From: Eledone cirrhosa
Taxonomy: Eukaryota
DNA: 64,000 bases
Direction of reading: 5' to 3'
Assembly: GCA_964016885.1 (NCBI GenBank)
Contig: OZ024742.1
Span: 128,588,001 to 128,652,000 of the forward strand
In this document: positions 59,123 through 64,000 of the stretch, in pieces
How the letters are laid out: each line of letters begins with the position of its first letter
Numbering within the stretch: the first letter of the stretch is position 1
Notes under the pieces: generated by a model
Told to the model about the DNA's origin: nothing
The model's database searches: none
The model's input: only the letters and a program-made list of their open reading frames with translations
Position numbers and translations under genes: made by a program

Positions 59123-62000
59123 ATCATCATCATCATCATCAACGTTTGTCTATCTTCCACGCTAGCATGGGTTCAGACGGGAATTGTCCCACTTGAGGCA
59201 AGATTGGTTGTCTTGCTCGTATAGGACTGTCTGGCGGGTTTTCTACAGCTGGATGCCCTTCCTAACACGAACCACGTTTAGTGAGGACTGGGAGGTTTTT
59301 ACCATTACCTACACGGCCACATTACAGCGTGGACTGTATTTTTTTTTTTGGGACACCTACACGACCTCATTTATTTCGGACTGGATGTTGTGGTACCAAT
59401 ATAACTTTACAGAGAAAGGGGTGGTGTAGATGGGGGTGGGGTAGGCGTAGTGGGATGGAGGTGTATTTTTGGTTAGGAGGTGCCTACTGACTGTAAGTTT
59501 CGCTATGTACTTAGGCAAGGTGGGTCTTCTGTATTACTGCGTAGCGCCAAGGATCTCGGTCCAGTGACATTGTCTTAGAGAGGTGTAAGTGTGTAAGTTC
59601 GGAATTTATCAAATCGTCCCAGGTTTTTCTGGGTCTTCCTACTCCGTAACTTCCATCAATTTTCATCGCCCTGCACTTTTTTATACACCTGTCGTCTTTC
59701 ATGCGCATCATGTGGCCATACCAACATAGTCTTCTCTCGAGTAAACAGCATCTGATCCCTCTTATTCCTAATTTCTCCCTTAGTTTGTTTATGCTTTGCC
59801 GTTCACGTATATTACTATTACACATCCAGTGGAGCATGCATACTTCGTTCCTCTCCAGTCTGCACACAATGCCCAAGTCTCACTGCCATGTAACATTGTT
59901 GTTCGTATACAGGCATCATACAGTCTGCCTTTCATTTTTGGAGAGAAACCTTTAGTGGCCAATAGTGGTATAAGCTCTCTGAACTTTTCCATCCCGTTCT
60001 GACTCTGGCTACTGTACTTTCAGAGCACCCTCCACTACTGCTGATTTTGTCACCCAGGTAATGGAAGGTGTCCACTATTTCTATAGAGCTGTCTGGGCAA
60101 TAGGAGCTAGTATCGTGTGGGCACTTGCTACTTATTGCACCTGAGCACCGGCCACATATAAAATCTACGTTCTTCGATAGCTTACCTGTGATCCCACTAC
60201 ATCTTTTATGCACCCATACTTTGCATTTGGGACATAAAATGGAGTTTCTGCCTACTCCTTTCCTACACACTGAGCATGGCCATTTTCCAGAGGGGACCTG
60301 TGCCTTATTTTCCTTCCTACATACTAGAACTTTAGTCTTAGACAAGTTAATTTTAAGGCCTTTTGATTCTAGGCCATGCTTCCATGTTTGGAATTTCTTC
60401 TCTAGTTCAGCTATGAGTGTTAGATCATCTGCATATAGAAGTTCCCATGGACAGCTGGTCTTGAACTCCTCTGTTATGGCCTGAAGGGCAATAATAAATG
60501 GGAGGGGGCTAAGATCAGAGCCTTGATGAACACCAACTTTTACGCTAAATTCTTCACTATATTCGTTGTTAATTCTAACGTTGTTGACTGTTTCTTCATA
60601 CATGGCTTGTATAGCTCTCACAAGCCATTCGTCAACCCCTAGTTTTCTAAGGGCCCACCAGTTAATGGCGCGGAGGACTCTGTCAAAGGCTTTCTCCAAG
60701 TCAACAAAAGCTAGGTATAGGGGTTTACTTTTAGCTAGGTACTTCTCCTGTAGTTGTCGTACAAGGAAAAGGGTGTCTGTGGTACCTTTACCTGACACAA
60801 ACCCAAACTGCCTTACTTATTATACTACCTTCAACTTGCACTGCTGGTCTCACTATTGGATCGATGTGGGGCAGACTAGCTTTTTCCCATTTATTCTCCT
60901 CATTTAGTAGCCTCTCGTAGTGACACTTCCAAGCTACCTTATCAGCATCAGTGATGGCAAGTACACCATCATCATTACGGACACACTTCTCCCTGACAAT
61001 ATCATGGTTTTCCTTGACACATTGCTCAGCAATCCTGAATACCTCACATTTTTGGTCCTCGTGTTGTAGAACATGCTTGAACTTTCTTACCTCTGCTTCC
61101 CTTTTTGCAAAGTACACTTGTCTCCTAGCTTCCTTCCTGGGCACTTGATAGTGTTCTCTACGTCCCCCATCCCGCCATACTTTCCAAGCTTGTTTTTTGG
61201 CCTTGATTGACTCCTCCACCTTACTGTTCCACCACTACATTACTCTCCTTCTGCCTATAGGCCTGCTCCAGCCACAGACTTCATCTGCCGCCATCAGCAG
61301 GTTTGCTTTCAGGAATTCCCACTGTTCCTCTATATTGTACGACTCTAATTGCTCTTCCTTACTGTCAAACACATCAAGTAATATGCTTTTAAATTTGTTA
61401 CTGGCTGTGGAGTCCTTTAACTTCCATATTCTTCTCCTTAGGGTAGTCCTCCTCTGTTGTTGAGTACGTCTCTTCCTGACTATGAGGTCGCTGACTATGA
61501 GGCTATGTTGGGAGGTGTATTCTTCATGAGTGAGGGATTTAGTGTTTACAACAGACACTCTGTCACATCTTCTGGTAAGGATATAATCTATCTGACTGGC
61601 GTGTTCCTCTGATCTATAGGTGATCAAGTGATTCTTGTTTTTTGAAGTTTGTGTTACAGATAGTTAGGTTATTAGCGTCACAGAATTCCAGGATTCTGAA
61701 GCCTTCCTCGTTTCTAGTACTAAACCCATAGCTTCCATGGATTCTGTTATGGCCTTCACAATGTTGTCCAACATGACCATTTAGGTCACCAGCAATAATT
61801 ATGTAGTCAATGTCGGTTATTTGGGAAGTAGTGAGCATTAGCGACTCATAGAATGTCTTTTATAACACCAGGCAGTCCAGATTGGGGTGCATACGTGGAT
61901 ATTATTGTCACAGTAGTTCTATTTAGGACAAGTCTTATTTTAATAATTCTGTTGTTCACTCTATTTATGTCTATTACCTTATCTACCCATTTGATGGGCT
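59123..62000 (-). mobile_element. Degraded near-full-length RTE LINE with internal deletion
   Basis: APE (IISTYAPQSG, IAGDLNGHVG, QIDYIL), RT (YADD), PHD, 3' UTR and (CAT)n; RT N-terminus missing at ~60810. Confidence 0.92.
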
Positions 62001-62387
62001 TATTCACGTGACTTGCATCAACCAACCAAATTTCACTCATATATGAAAAAACAATCTGAGACCCCCCCTCCTTTTTTTAAAGGCAAATATAATAACTTTG
62101 TAACGCGAACTGGTGCAAAATTTATTATACTTATTCACATGACAGTCATCAACCAACCAAATTACTTTTCTAAAAACCTAGCATTTCAAGCCACTTTTTT
62201 CTATATAAAACAGAAGTAACATTCGAACACCAACCAGATGCGAGAAAAACCACAAACCGTCCATCTCAATTCTGCTTTTAAAAAGCACAAGAACTGTGAA
62301 ACCGGTAAAGGAACCAAATAAATATTTTTTTAAAAAGACTCCAGCTGCATTTTCGATTTCATCTTTTTTCCTGATCTATATATATAT

Positions 62388-63731
62388 CATCATCATCATC
62401 ATCGTTTAACGTCCATCTTCCACGCTTGCATGGGTTTGGACGGGAGTTTTCCCACTTGAGGCAAGATTGGTTGTCCTGCTCGTATAGAACTGTCTGGTGG
62501 GTTTTCTACGGCTGGATGCCCTTCCTAACACCAACCATGTTTACAGAGTGGACTGGGAGGTTTTTACCGTGTTACCTACACGGCCACATTACAGCGTGGA
62601 CTCTGTGTTTTTTTTTTGTCGTGACACCTACACGACCTCATTTGTTTCGGACTGGATGTTGTGGTACCAACATAACTTCACATTTAAGGGGGTGGTGTGG
62701 ATGGGGTCGGGGTAGTGGGACGGGGGTGTATTTTGTTAGAGGTGCCTACTGACTGTAGGTTTCGCTTTGTACTTAGGCAAGGCGGGTCTTCTTTATAACT
62801 GTGTAGCACCAAAGATCTCATTCCAGTGACATTGGAGAGGTGTAAGTGTGTGAGGTCGGAATTTATCAAGTCGTCCCAGGTTTTTCTGGGTCTGCCTACT
62901 CCGTGGCTACCGTCTATTTTTATCGCCCTGCACTTTTTTTATACAGCTGTCGTCTTTCATGCGCATCACGTGACCATACCAATGTAGTCTTCTCTCGAGT
63001 AAACATCTGATCCCTCTTATTCCTAATTTCTCCCTTAGTTTGTTTATGCTTTGCCGTTCACATATATTACTATTACACATCCAGTGGAGCATGCAAGCTT
63101 CGTTTCTCTCCAGTCTGCGTATATCCTCTGCACACGATGCCCAGGTCTCACTGCCATGTAACATTGCTGTACGTATGCAGGCATCATACAGCCTGCCTTT
63201 CATTTTTAGAGAGAACCCTTTAGCGGCCAATAGTGGTATAAGCTCTCTGAATTTTTTCCATCCCGTTCTGACTCTAGCTACTGTACTTTCAGAGCACCCT
63301 CCACCACTGCTGATTTTGTCACCCAAATAACGAAAGGTGTCCACTATTTCTATAGAACCATCTGTGCAATGGAATGAGCTAGTATTCTGTGGGCACTTGC
63401 TGCTACTTATTGCACCAGAGCACCGGCCACATATAAAATCTATATTCTTAGTTAGCTTACCTGTGATCCCACTACATCTTTTATGCACCCATACTTTGCA
63501 TTTGGGGCATAAAATGGAGTTTCTGCCTACTCCTTTCCTACACACTGAGCATGGCCATTTCCCGGATGGGACCGGTGCCCTATTTTCCTTCCTACAAACT
63601 AGAACTTTAGTCTTAGCCAGGTTAATTTTAAGGCCTTTTGATTCTAGGCCATGCTTCCATGTTTGGAATTTCTTCTCTAGTTCAGCCATTGATTCAGCTA
63701 TGAGTGTTAGATCATCTGCGTATAGGAGTTC
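62388..63731 (-). mobile_element. 5'-truncated RTE LINE with intact PHD finger
   Basis: ORF 62907-63746 from ELLYADDL through PHD to WYGHV; (CAT)n tail; (TA)n on both sides. Confidence 0.93.
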
Positions 63732-63779
63732 TATATATATATACATATATATAGCTTTTAAGCTATTTTATAGTATCTC

Positions 63780-64000
63780 TGTTCAGGAGCACACCACTCG
63801 TTATATTAAATTTATCTCCTCAGAGCTTTGTTATATATTCTCCGTGTGTCTAACACACGTGGACATGCCTACAAGATCAGAAAATAGCACAGCTCCCATG
63901 ACTTTCGTAGACATTTTTTCACGCTCAGAGTTGCTGAAGCGTGGAACAATCTGCCTGCGTCAGTTGTTAGCTGCCAAGACACTGCATCCTTTAAGACACT
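63780..64000 (+). mobile_element. CR1-like LINE 3' end (runs off window)
   Basis: TRGHAYKIRK*HSSHDFRRHFFTLRVAEAWNNLPASVVS. Confidence 0.78.

Overview
Eukaryotic, AT-rich DNA saturated with repeats; no prokaryotic genes, rRNA, tRNA genes or CRISPR arrays. The SINE family and the very long (TA)n/(TATG)n tracts suggest a coleoid cephalopod such as Octopus (inference). Most long Y/I/M/C/V ORFs in the track are microsatellite artefacts. Contents: (1) three Penelope-like elements (PLEs) plus a GIY-YIG remnant and many solo pseudo-LTRs, with roughly 15 hammerhead-ribozyme (HHR) motifs read by eye; (2) many copies of one RTE-clade LINE with a C4HC3 PHD finger inside ORF2; (3) remnants of RTE-BovB-like, RTE-X, CR1, CRE, Gypsy and Tigger elements; (4) about a dozen tRNA-derived SINEs, several with target-site duplications; (5) MITE-like and Helitron/Helentron-like non-autonomous elements; (6) several fold-back palindromes; (7) one frameshifted host-like exon resembling a PARP14/PARP10-type RRM repeat. 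All family calls are from motif recognition, not database searches, and boundaries are approximate.
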